Notes under the pieces: generated by a model
Told to the model about the DNA's origin: nothing
What the model saw: only the letters and a program-made list of their open reading frames with translations
Databases searched by the model: none
In this document: piece by piece, positions 37,130-48,789 of the stretch
How positions within the stretch are numbered: position 1 is the stretch's first letter
How the letters are laid out: the number at the start of each line of letters is the position of its first letter
Made by a program: the position numbers and the translations under genes
Source of the DNA: Octopus sinensis
Taxonomy: Eukaryota
DNA: 64,000 nucleotides
Reading direction: 5' to 3'
Assembly (NCBI RefSeq): GCF_006345805.1
Contig: NC_043013.1
Location: 50,778,001 to 50,842,000 of the forward strand

Positions 37130-38150
37130 GTGTGGCTTAGTGGTTAGGCTGTTGTAGTCATGATTGTAAGATTGTGGTTTCAATCCCAGGCTTGGACGAT
37201 TCATTGCAATCTTTTGTGCAAAATTCATTGTCTCATGTTGCTCCATTCTACTCAGTTGGTGAAAGTTAGTAATCCTGTCATAGACTGGTACTCTATCCAG
37301 GGATGGGATATGTACACCACTGGATAAAGGGAAACCAACCTTATGAGGTGAGGTACTGGCTTGAGAATGATCTTTGATCCTTCGTAGTTTCTTCCTGATC
37401 AAAAGAAATGGCGATGTCTTGGTGTAGTGGTTAGGCTGGTGCACGTATGACTAAAATTTTGGTTTCAGTTCCTGGACTGGGTGCTGCATTGTGCCCTTAA
37501 GCAAGACACTTCATTCCACATTGCTGTTGTTCCCTCAGCTGGCAAAAACGAGCAGCCCGTGATGGAGTGGTGTCCCATCATGTGGGGTATATATAAATAC
37601 CACAGAATCTGGGAAACCAGCCCATAGCTTGCGAAGAACCTTTGATCCCTTGAAAGCTCTTTCCAGTCAAGGCAGGTGGAGATGCATGGCTTAGTGGCTA
37701 GGGTGTTGTTGTTGTTAAGCAACAAGACAGGTAAGGGTGATTAGGTGATGGTCTAGGGCTTAGGGGCGGGAGACCCCAGACCTTGGGAAAAGAAAAGAAA
37801 AGCTGTAGTCGTCTTGTAGTCGAGAGCTCTTCGTTGACACCCGACACCACTGGGAGGTGGCCCTCGAAGTCGCTGGAAATGGAGATCTCCAGGCTCAAAT
37901 TCTTGAATGGCTGGCTAGGGTGTTGCATTTACGATCTTAAGATGCAATCTCAGTTCCTGAACTGGTGGGGATACGTTGTGTTCTTGAGCTAGACTTTCCA
38001 TTTCATATTGCTCCAGTCCACTCAGCTGGCAAAAATCAGTAATTTTCTGATGGCCTAACATCCCATCCCAGGGGGCAGGGGAATATATGCACCACAGAAT
38101 CTGAGGAAGCTGGATTTATGAGCCTATAGCTCAGGAAGGACCTTTCATCT
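37130..38150 (+). mobile_element. Tandem cluster of 3-4 family C-type SINEs
   Basis: Repeated GGCTTAGTGG.TAGG heads and ATCCAGGG.../CCTTATGAG tails. Confidence 0.7.
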
Positions 38151-38614
38151 ATTTTTGTTTTTTTACCCTGATTTATACACTCAAGGGCTCATATACCTTC
38201 ATAGACTCACATACATACATATAGGCGTTCACCTAGACCCCTCTCCCCCATCTCCACATGTACTCATGATGCTTTCATATGATCATGGGCTCATTTACTC
38301 AGCAATTGCATGCTCTTGCTTACCCATGTACTCACTTGTCATGCTCACACACACACATTCATACATAGACATACACACACACACACTTATGCTCATGCAC
38401 ACGAATATACACACCCATTTTCTTATACACATATGCACCCGCACACACTCACACAATCCCTCATGCACACACACATTCACTCACAAATCTGCCCCCCCCC
38501 TACTCTAACACTCTTTCAGTTACGACAACAAGGATTCCAGTTGGTCCAATCAATGGAACAGCCTGCTTGTAAAATTAATGTGCAAGTGGCTGAGTGCTCC
38601 ACAGACATGCATAC

Positions 38615-39683
38615 TAGGGTGAAGTGAAAATAAAAGATTTTGGAAACTGAAAATGCCTAAAAGCTAAAATATTGTTATATTTGATTCCTAGAAAACTGCT
38701 AAATTTTCACTGAGATCAATTAAGGGCATTTACTCCCTCAAGCCCCCTTAACCCTGAAAATGGGGGATTTTTGTTGCAAACATTTAGCATTTTAGTCCTC
38801 AGGCATTTTCAGTTTTTTATTTTCACTCTACCCTAGGTTACACAGTCTATATAAAAAAAAGGGGCCACTCTGTTGGTTACGATGACGAGGGGTACCAACT
38901 GATATGACCAACTTTCATGGCCAGCTTGCTCATGAAATTAATGTGCGAGTGGCTGGGCACTCCACAGACATGTGTGCCCTTAACGCAGATATCAGGGAGA
39001 TTTAACGTGATGCAGTGTGTGACAAGGCTGGCCCTTTGAAATACAGGTACTACTCATTTTTGCCAGCTGAGTGGACTGGAGCAACGTGAAATAAAGTGTC
39101 TTGCTCAAGAACACAATGCATCACTAGGAATTGAACTCATGATCTTATGATTGCAAGCCAAATGTCCTAACCACTATGCCATGTGCATTCAAATACAATC
39201 TCTATATCCGCATGCACATACGTGTGTTAGGGTGGGGTGAAAATAAAAAATAAAAAATGCTTGGGGCCTAAAATCTTGCTATATATTATTCTTTTCTACT
39301 CTAGGTCCAAGGCCCAAAATTTTTAGCGACAGTGGGCCAGTTTATTAGATCAACCCCAATATGCAACTAGTACTTAATTCATCTACCCCGAAAGAATGAC
39401 AGGCAGTCGACCTCGGTGGAATTTGAACTTGCTATAAATTATTACTAGAAAAATGCAAAATTTTTGCTTAGTTCAGTCAGGGGTATTTACTCCCTCAAAC
39501 CCCGCTATTGTGAAAAAATTTACAAAAATCCCCCATTTTCAGAGTTTAGGGGACTTGAGGGAGTGAATGCTCTTGATTGATCTCAGAAAAAATTGAGCCT
39601 TTTTTGTAGTAATTGAATATAGCAATATTTTAGCCCTCACACATTTTCAATTTCCACAATTTTTAAATTTTCACTCCACCCTT
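38615..39683. mobile_element. Composite hAT-like unit: two inverted MITE copies (38615-38835 and 39228-39683) flanking a SINE-containing core, with 8-bp TSD ATGCATAC
   Basis: Outer termini TAGGGTGAAGTGAAAAT ... ATTTTCACTCCACCCTT. ATGCATAC at 38607-38614 and 39684-39691. The interrupted family C SINE reads through once the block is removed. Confidence 0.75.
38870..39185 (-). mobile_element. Full family C SINE inside the composite hAT-like unit
   Basis: Homologous to 5968-6280. Confidence 0.8.
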
Positions 39684-39795
39684 ATGCATACCCTTAATGT
39701 AGTTCTTAGAGAGCTGCCCTACTGAATTACTGGTACAACGCATTTTTGCTAGTAGAGTGGACTGCAGCAATGTGAAATAAAGTGTCTTGCTTAAG

Positions 39796-40590
39796 GACAC
39801 AATGTGTCACAGGGTATCAAACTTCACAAATTAACATGCAAGTGGCTGAGTACACCACAGACAAACGTATCCTCAATGTAGTTCTCAGGGTGATTCAGTG
39901 TGACACAGAATGTGACAAAGCTATGACACAATGTGTCACAGGGTATCAAACATCACAAATTAACATGCAAGTGGCTGAGTACACCACAGACAAGTGTATC
40001 CTCAATGTAGTTCTCAGGGTGATTCAGTGTGACACAATGTGACAAAACTGCCCTGAATGTGACAAAGCTATGACACAATGTGTCACATGGTATTAAACTT
40101 CACAAATTAACATGCAAGTGGCTGAGTACACCACAGACAAGCATATCCTTAATGTAGTTCTCAGGGTGATTCAGTGTGACACAGAATGTGACAAAACTGC
40201 CCTGAATGTGACAAAGCTATGACACAATGTGTCACATGGTATTAAACTTCACAAATTAACATGCAAGTGGCTGAGTACACCACAGACAAGCATATCCTTA
40301 ATGTAGTTCTCAGGGTGATTCAGTGTGACACAGAATGTGACAAAACTGCCCTGAATGTGACAAAGCTATGACACAATGTGTCACATGGTATTAAACTTCA
40401 CAAATTAACATGCAAGTGGCTGAGTACACCACAGACAAGTGTATCCTCAATGTAGTTCTCAGGGTGATTCAGTGTGACACAGAATGTGACAAAGCTGCCC
40501 TGAATGTGACAAAGCTATGACACAATGAGTCACAGGGTATCAAACCTCACAAATAAACATGCAAGTGGCTGAGTACACCACAGACAAAGC
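39796..40590. repeat. SINE-derived tandem array, unit 149 bp (first units 129 and 147 bp), about 5.5 copies
   Basis: GACACAATG unit starts at 39796, 39925, 40072, 40221, 40370 and 40519; unit sequence comes from the family C SINE body. Confidence 0.92.
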
Positions 40591-40739
40591 TGCCGTTCTG
40601 GATTACAAGTACAACTCATTTTTGCCAGTGGAGTCAATTGGGGTGATGTGAAATAAAGTGTCTCACTCAAGGACAGAATGTGTCGCTGGGAATGAACCCA
40701 CGGCCCTATGATCGTAAGCTGAATACCCTAACCATTGGG

Positions 40740-41585
40740 CCACATTCCTTCACACTCCTACACACACACACCTAGACAAACACAGTCACACATGTATATA
40801 CACTCTCCCCCGTTGCATCACTCACGCATTCACATACTTGTGCATATTCATATATTCTCATGCACACACACTCATTCCTGCACACATTTTCTCACTTAAG
40901 CCTTCGTACACACACACTCGCCACACACACACACATGCATCCAAACATACATGCATACACACAAACACTCTGTCTGTCTGTTTGTCTCTCTCCCACACAC
41001 ACACACACACTCCAAACACACATGCACAAACATTCTTTGCATCCATATGCATTTTCTCTCTCTCTCTCTCACACACACACTCTAAACATCCATGCATACA
41101 TATACACACACACACATATATACACACTCTCTCTCATAGCAAGCATACATGCATATACACACACATAACACATCCACACTCTTGTCTCTACTTTCCCTCA
41201 CACACACACATATAACTTTTCACTCTCAACCCACCACACGCACACATGCACACACACACACTTTCTGTCTGCCTTCCTCTGTCTGTCTCTTATCTCTCTC
41301 TCTCACTCTCTCTCTCTTCCTCTCACTCTCTCTTCTGATCTCTTTGTTGTCTGTTTTCTCTCTCTGTCTCTCTCACTTTCTCTCTCTCTCTCTCTCCCAC
41401 ACATACAATCTCTTTGCCTGTCTATCTCTGTCTCTCTATTTCCCTCTCTCTCTCTTTCTGTCACATGCACTGTCACTCTTTACCCCTCTCTCCCTTACTC
41501 TCTCTTTTTCTCTTGCTCTCTCTCTCTTTCTCTCTCTCTCTTATACACATGCACTCTCTCTTTGCCTGCCTGTATCTCTGTCTGC

Positions 41586-41618
<33 letters not shown>

Positions 41619-41851
41619 CCATACATGTACACACTGCCCCTCTCTCCCTTTATTTCTCTCTTTCTCTCTCTCCCTCCTCTATTTCTCTCTCTCTCTCTCT
41701 CCCTCTCCTCTCTCTCTCTCTTCCTCTGTCACACTCACTGCCACTCTCTACCTCTCTCATTCTCTCTCTTCCTCCCTCTTTTCTCACATACACCATCTTT
41801 CTATCTCTTTCAGACTCTCTCTCACACACACATTCACACACACTCACACAC

Positions 41852-41895
<44 letters not shown>

Positions 41896-41959
41896 ACACA
41901 AACACACACACTCTCTGTCTCTCTCTCTCTGTCTGTCTCTGTCTGTCTGTCTCTCTGTC

Positions 41960-42006
<47 letters not shown>

Positions 42007-42035
42007 TTCTCTCTCCCCCCCCCCTCTCTGTCTCC
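40740..42035. repeat. (CA)n/(CT)n/(CTGT)n low-complexity complex
   Basis: Directly visible; strong pyrimidine bias on the plus strand. Confidence 0.95.
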
Positions 42036-42038
42036 CAG

Positions 42039-42109
42039 CTTCTTCTCATTGTTGACTCAATCCGAAAAGCTGTGTAACAAACTTTTAAACACAGAACTGT
42101 TGCCAGCTA
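42039..42109 (+). other. Candidate 71-bp exon (FFSLLTQSEKLCNKLLNTELLPA)
   Basis: Long pyrimidine tract + CCCAG| acceptor, CTA|GTAAGT donor, one open frame, unique sequence. No homology recognised. Confidence 0.25.
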
Positions 42110-42148
42110 GTAAGTACAACGAGCTGTGGATATGTCTTTGGCTCAGGC

Positions 42149-42299
42149 ACTAATTAATACTGCAGTACTAATCTTACTAATTAAGTAACAAAACATTGGC
42201 TTGAAGTGTGAAGACCTTAAGATAAATATGTTGTCAGCTAAGGTACTAATTAGCACCTAAGTAATAATTCTATTAATTAGTATTAGGGTACTAATTAGC
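42149..42299. promoter_or_regulatory. Cluster of five TAATTA homeodomain-type palindromes (candidate enhancer)
   Basis: TAATTA at 42151, 42178, 42247, 42274 and 42292; GGTACTAATTAGC exact at 42242 and 42287. Confidence 0.35.
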
Positions 42300-42365
42300 T
42301 GTAGACAGACAGAGAAAAGTTGGGACAGATGTATGCATGTATTATCTATCTATCTATCTATCTAT

Positions 42366-42423
<58 letters not shown>

Positions 42424-42429
42424 ATATGT

Positions 42430-42463
<34 letters not shown>

Positions 42464-43038
42464 GTATATATATATTACACTCACGGAGTGGTTGGCGTTA
42501 GGAAGGGCATCCAGCTGTAGAAACACTGCCAAATCAAGATTGGAGACTGGTGCAGCCTCCATGGCTTATCAGACCCCGGTCGAACTGTCCAACCCATGCT
42601 AGCATGGAAAACGGACGTTAAATGATGATGATGATGATGATGTATGCATGCATGTATATATATGACCAACAATATCAGCAATATACTTTCCCTCTAGCTG
42701 CTTCCTAACATACTGCCACACATACACTGGCGCACACACACATACATGTAGGTAGGTTCTCACACCTAAATAAGATAGCTTTCATTCTTAAAACAATCTG
42801 AACATTAACATTAGTTATACAGAATATATTCACACCCTTTGGTTTTCAGTAATTCTTCCCCTACCAGATTTAACCGCAGTTTGACCTCGATTTATTCCAA
42901 CGGACTTTTTCGTCGGCCTTCACCCACCCTGACGTCAACGCACATTGAGAGACAGTTTTGTGCCATACCATGGGCTCCTAGGGAGCGTTTTGTTCGAATA
43001 GCTTGCTGCGCATTTGTTTTGGAGATTTAAATTCCTGG

Positions 43039-43124
43039 ATTTTCCTGAAGAGAAAGCTGCAAAATGGTCTCCTTATTCAATCCGAATTTGGAAATTTGCA
43101 GCCTTTGAAACATGTGTAGAAAAT
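43039..43124 (+). ncRNA. Type I hammerhead ribozyme (family C)
   Basis: AUUUUC CUGAAGA GAAAGCUGCAAA...UUUGCAGCCUUU GAAA CAUGU GUA^GAAAAU: 6-bp stem I, 11 of 12 pairs in stem II, self-complementary ACAUGUGU stem III, predicted cleavage after 43118. Confidence 0.8.
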
Positions 43125-43324
43125 AATAAAAGGAATTTTGTAGAATCTTCGTTCAGCTCCATTTCTTCCCTTCACTAAATATATAAAACTTCAATTCTCC
43201 ATTCTAAGGCACAGTTGCGACACTCCATGGTCGTAACCTCAACCGTGTTTTTTCTGTTGTGATTTTTGCTACCCAGGTATCGGTTAAATTTTGAATAATC
43301 CGTAACAAGATAATTCATTTATCC

Positions 43325-43531
43325 ATTTCAATAAATATATATATATATATATATATATATGATGATGTATATATGTATGTATGTATATATATGTATGTAT
43401 GTATATATATGTATGTATGTATATATATGTATTGTATGTATATATATGTATGTATGATATATGTATGTATGTATGTATGTATGATCTATATATATATGTA
43501 TGTATGTATGTATATATATATTGTATGTATG

Positions 43532-43579
<48 letters not shown>

Positions 43580-43583
43580 TGTA

Positions 43584-43627
<44 letters not shown>

Positions 43628-44030
43628 ATATATATGTATATTACCGGTAAAGGTTTTAGTTGCCAATTCTGTACAAGACATTGTAGATCTTTAGCTGCAC
43701 CAGTAACAGTTAAGCTTCGTGCAGTGGGCGTACTTGTTAACGAGGGGGCAGCCATAATATATATATGTGTGTGTGTGTGTAAATATATATGCATATGTAT
43801 GTACACGTATCTATACTTGTATATATATATATATATATATATATGCATATGCCTGTATATATATACGTATGCATATATACATATATATGTATATATATGT
43901 ATATATATATATATACACACATACATACATACATATATATGTATGTATATCTGTGTATATACACATGCACACACACACACATATATATATGTATATGCAC
44001 ATACATACACACATACATATACACGCAGCA
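43325..44030. repeat. (TA)n/(TATG)n complexes around a short unique spacer
   Basis: Directly visible. Confidence 0.95.
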
Positions 44031-44269
44031 TAATTTCTGTTAAAGCTACTATGACCGTGTATGAAGGGAATTAGTTGGCAGGGCATCAAAAGTTCCTCGT
44101 TAGTGCAATAAAGAGGTGCAGGAAAGTTGCTGTAGGAATTCTGCTCGAGAAATAAGGAGGACTATGTCTTTTGTAAGAATGGCTGTGAAGTGAAGAATGC
44201 TCAAGCACTGAAGAGTGATTAATCTTTTAGCATTTAATCTGGCCATATCCAGCTCAAATATTCTACCTA

Positions 44270-44475
44270 TTTCTTTACTACCCATAAGGGGCTAAATACA
44301 GAGAGGACAAACAAGGACAGACAAAGGGATTAAGTCGATTATATCGACCCCAGTGCATAACTGTTACTTATTTAATCGACCCCGAAAGGATGAAAGGCAA
44401 AGTCGACCTCGGCGGAATTTGAACTCAGAACATAATGGCAGACGAAATACGGCTATGCATTTCGCCCGGCGTGCA
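44270..44475 (-). mobile_element. Well-preserved family B SINE
   Basis: Near-consensus CGACCCCGAAAGGATGAAAGGCAAAGTCGACCTCGGCGGAATTTGAACTCAGAA. Confidence 0.85.
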
Positions 44476-44743
44476 CCTGTTTATGTTCAAACTAACCAGA
44501 TCCAGCCTCTCACACCTACCCTACAGTGTCATTCTAAAAATAAGCAATCACTTAAACCACACAGCTGTAAGTTCAATCCCTCTGCCGGGCAAGTATCTTT
44601 TTGCATAGACTCTGTTTGAATGAATCCTTCTTTTCTACTCTAGCCATAAGATAGCAATTGAAATTGTTAGTGTAATTAATTTGCAATGTAATTAGTAATC
44701 AAAAGAAAAGACTAGAAAAATTTGGTGTATTTTAAATTCTATG

Positions 44744-44829
44744 TTAGACATGTTTCATTACCAAATAGGAGTCATGAAGATGTATCGAAAAGACATGTGT
44801 AGAATCTCCTATCTATAATTCTTCAGATT
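44744..44829 (-). ncRNA. Hammerhead-like motif (family D): intact core, long stem II, weak stem I
   Basis: Minus strand CUGAAGA AUUAUAGAUAGGAG...CUCCUAUUUGGUAAU GAAA CAU GUC^UAAC. Palindromic ACAUGU. Flanks pair poorly. Confidence 0.6.
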
Positions 44830-45454
44830 AAGATTAAAAAATATCATTGTCTTATTTTGTAATTTAACATGTTACATGAAATTAAAAATATACCAACTTT
44901 TTCCAACATTCTATTTTGATAAATAAATATATATATGTGTGTAGGTTTATGTGTGCACATGTGTAAATGTATACATGTATGTGTGTGTATATGTGTGTAC
45001 ATATATATATAAACTCATATGTGTGTACACGTGTGTGTGTGTGTGTGTGCATGTGTGTACATGTATATGCGTGTAGATATGTGTGTGTATGTGTGTGCAT
45101 ATATATGTGTATGTGTATGTACTTGTGTGTTTGCATATAAATATATTATCATCGTCATCATTTAATGTCCATTTTGTCCATGCTGGCATGGATTGGTCAG
45201 TTTGACTAGAGCTTGCAAGCTGGTGAGCTGCACCAGACTCCAGTATGATGTGGCATGGGTTCTACAGCTGGATGCCCTTCCTAACATCGACCATCTACAG
45301 CGTGTACTGGGTGCTTTTATGTGGTGTCACATGGGCACATTTACTTGATCCCATGTGGGTGCTTTTACATATATATGTGTGCATGTGTATGTATATATAT
45401 GTGTGTGTATAGGTATATATATATATAAGTATATATATATGTATAAGTATAAGT

Positions 45455-45529
<75 letters not shown>

Positions 45530-45538
45530 ATATATATT

Positions 45539-45579
<41 letters not shown>

Positions 45580-45657
45580 GTATATATATATTTGCATATA
45601 TATATATATATATATGTATATGTATTAAAAGGTTTGGAGATGATGTACAGGTATTAT

Positions 45658-45934
45658 ATATTAGAAGAAATGAGGTAATCAGAAGATCGGATGGTTTATA
45701 TTTACAGATATTTATTTATATATTACATTTTTTACATATATATATCATATCATTTAGAATATTAGCGCTTTCTCCCATTCTAGTGGGGTTTTCAAATCCA
45801 AAAACCCCCACTAGAATGGAAGAAAGCGCTAATGTTCTAAATGATATGATACATATGTAAAAAATGTAATATATAAATAAATATCTGTAAATATAAACCA
45901 TCCGATCTTCTGATTACCTCATTTCTTCTAATAT
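45658..45934. repeat. 277-bp foldback (arms of about 135 bp, spacer of about 8 bp) in (TA)n
   Basis: ATATTAGAAGAAATGAGG...CTAGTGGGGTTTT / AAAACCCCCACTAG...CCTCATTTCTTCTAATAT. Confidence 0.93.
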
Positions 45935-46353
45935 GTATATGTATATATATAAGTATAAGTATATATATATATATGCATATATATATATATATATATATAT
46001 ATAGTAAAATATGAAAAATCAACGAAAATGTATATTGCAGATAGAAAAAGGCTATTCATGACAGGTAGTGACAACTATATACATTTAGATTGACTGAGGT
46101 AGTAATACGAGTCATAAAGGTCATTATTATGAGATGATTATAAGATGATAATAATAATAAAGTAAGAGAACAAAACGAACCAATTGGTTTACGCGAAGGC
46201 TATTCATTGTTTGAACAACACCGGTTAATATATGGTGTCAGGTCTAATAGTTCCTGAGAAAAAAGATTATTTGTAAGGGAGGTAAGTAGTTTTGGAATTA
46301 GAGATGTGAGTGATGTAGGTAGTGTATAGGGTTTAGTGGTTTAAATTGAAGAG

Positions 46354-46620
46354 TTAGTGGTGTTCTGTATTGAGTTGTGTGTTTATATTTAGTTGGGGGA
46401 GAAATTTGTTGATGAAAAATGCCTCTTTATTCAAGCTTTGTTGCATTGTGATGTTCTGTGAGCATTGGTAAAAGGGAAATATTTGGAAATTGGGATTAAG
46501 ATTCCTGGCACATCTTTCTATGCGTTCACTCAACTTTAACTGTCTGTATTGTGGGTGACGGATTTGCTCTTTGTGAATGGTGATTCTTTGTCGGAGCGAA
46601 ATTCCTGTTTGTCCAATATA
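46354..46620 (-). pseudogene. C-terminal half of a Penelope-like element GIY-YIG endonuclease (88 codons + stop; absent from the ORF track)
   Basis: YIGQTGISLRQRITIHKEQIRHPQYRQLKLSERIERCARNLNPNFQIFPFYQCSQNITMQQSLNKEAFFINKFLPQLNINTQLNTEHH*: YIG motif, conserved R, KE and P.LN. AT-rich 3' region follows to about 46000. Confidence 0.88.
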
Positions 46621-46935
46621 GAGTTATCAGTTAATTTTCCTTTGATGTTGCTGCACCTCTTATGCGTCCATAGCTTACACTGGGTACATCTTATGGAGTT
46701 TCTACCTACACCTTTCCTACAGATCGAGCAGGGCCACCTGCCCGAGGGTGTGTGTGATGAGTTCGCCTTTCTGCTTACTATAACTTTGGTCTTTGCTACA
46801 TTTACTCTAAGGCCCTTTGATTCTAAACCTTGCTTCCACACCCGAAATTTCTTTTCTAGTTCCGGTAGTGATTCTGCTATGAGGGCCAGCTCATCAGCAT
46901 AGAGGAGCTCCCAGGGGCGTCTTGTTTTGAATGTA
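46621..46935 (-). mobile_element. Internal fragment of the PHD-bearing RTE family (RT motif to PHD finger)
   Basis: PWELLYADELALIAESLPELEKKFRVWKQGLESKGLRVNVAKTK...WPCSICRKGVGRNSIRCTQCKLWTHKRCS; same family as about 1520-1830. Confidence 0.92.
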
Positions 46936-47329
46936 TATATATATAGTGTAATAAATAAAATATATGCATACATACAAACATATATGTTTGTTCCACGTCT
47001 CTGTCCTTCTGTTGTAAAAAAATGGCTTTTCCGTTTTCGTTTCTGTTGAATTTTACGTCTTTTTGTGGTGTCCTGTACGTATATATATATTTATATATGC
47101 ATGTATATATACATGTAGATGTCAGTACGTACATATATGTTTGTATGTATGCATATATTTTATTTATTACACTATTGTCTGACAGCGCTTCGCGTCGGGT
47201 TCGTTTGAATTTTCGATTTTTCGAATTCTCACTTCGTTCCGTCTCTTTCCTCCCAGTTTGTTTTACAGTTTATATATATATAGAAACAACCTCGCATTCT
47301 ATTTCCTTGCTAACTTTGAACTTCACATC

Positions 47330-47762
47330 TTTCACAATTTATGGTATGCATGCCAGGCACGAGTTTTCCTTGCTGCAATATCTTTTTCTAGTACTTTGTG
47401 TCCACGCACCGAGGCATTCGAAATTTTCAACTACCTTCAGTGACTTTCCACCTCCAACTTTCACTGACACAGGTATTTCCTGGTTGAATACTTGCCACTC
47501 TATATTCTTTGCATTACAGTTCAATCCTACCTTCCCCCGATTCCTGCTCTAATCTGATCAGCACCTCCTGTGCCTGATCTGTCCTCTTTGTTCGTAGTGC
47601 CAGGTCATCAGCATAGCCTTGGTCAGTTACTGTAACTGTTTGATACTGTCTACTTCTTTGCTGATGCAGTTTCAATCCCAGCTCTTTTTCCTTCCCCTCG
47701 TCCGCTCTACACATTACTTAGTCCAGAACAATGGTCTGGAGATAAGGTGCTAGCGTGTCACC
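47330..47762 (-). mobile_element. Degenerate RT fragment of a second RTE-like family
   Basis: GDTLAPYLQTIVLD*VM...TDQGYADDLAL...AQEVLIRLEQES / GLNCNAKN...LKVVENFECLG. Confidence 0.82.
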
Positions 47763-47934
47763 TATTATTATCATTATTATTATTATTATTATTTTTTGAA
47801 CCAGTTGAAGACACACAAGATGTTGAAATATCCTTCACAAGATGACAATGGCACTCTTCTTTTAATTTTGACTCAATATCTTCTGGAGGAGTTACCTCAA
47901 TCCTTTATGTATTATCATCATTATTATTGTTATT

Positions 47935-48161
47935 GTGATGAGCTGGCAGAATTGTTAGCACACTGGACGAAATTCGTGGTGGTATTTCACTCATTGCTAT
48001 GTTGTGAGTTCAAATTCTGCCAAGGTCAACCATTAGCTTTCATCCTTTTGGGGTCGATAAATTAAGTACCAGTGAAACACTGGGGTCGATGTAATCAACT
48101 CATCGCCTCCCACAAAATTGTTGTCCTTGTGGCAAAACCATTATTATCATTATTATTATTA

Positions 48162-48213
<52 letters not shown>

Positions 48214-48580
48214 TATCATCATCATCATCATCATCATCATTATTATTATTAGCACAGCAAGCAAACAAAATCATTAGCATGTTTGGTAAAATGCTTAGCG
48301 GTATTTTGCCTTTCTTTATGTTCTGAGTTCAAATTCTGCCAAGGTCAACTTTGCCTTTCATCCTTTTGGGGTCAATTAAATGAGTACCAGTTATACACTG
48401 GGAAAGATGCTTAGTAGTATTTTGTCCTTCTTTACATTCAGAGTTCAAATTCCACTGGGGATCACTTCGCTTTTCATCCTTTTGGGGTCAATAATATAAG
48501 TACCAGTTTTGCACTGGGTTCAAAGCAACCAACTTACCCCTCCCCCCAAACCACCTACTTTGTTCCAAAATTTGAAACCA
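47935..48580 (+). mobile_element. Three family B SINE copies with (ATT)n/(ATC)n tails
   Basis: Repeated GAGTTCAAATTCTGCCAAGGTCAAC...TTTCATCCTTTTGGGGTC. Confidence 0.8.
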
Positions 48581-48789
48581 TTATTATTATCCTCATCCTC
48601 ATCATCATCATTTGTTTTTTTGCCAAGCATCATAGACAGAGAAAATGTCAGTACGTCTGTGGGAATGTGTGTGTGTGTGAGAAAGCACATGTGTGTGTGT
48701 GTATTGTGTGTTTTACCAATTTTGCCATCCCCATGGAAGCAATGAACCCCCCCCCCAAAAAAAACACTGCATCTGCAAATGATATATAT

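Noticed and set aside
46150-46215. Palindrome AACCAATTGGTT with upstream ATGAATAGCC in the PLE 3' region, where a hammerhead would be expected
   Set aside because: Both core segments deviate and stem II does not pair; too degenerate to call.
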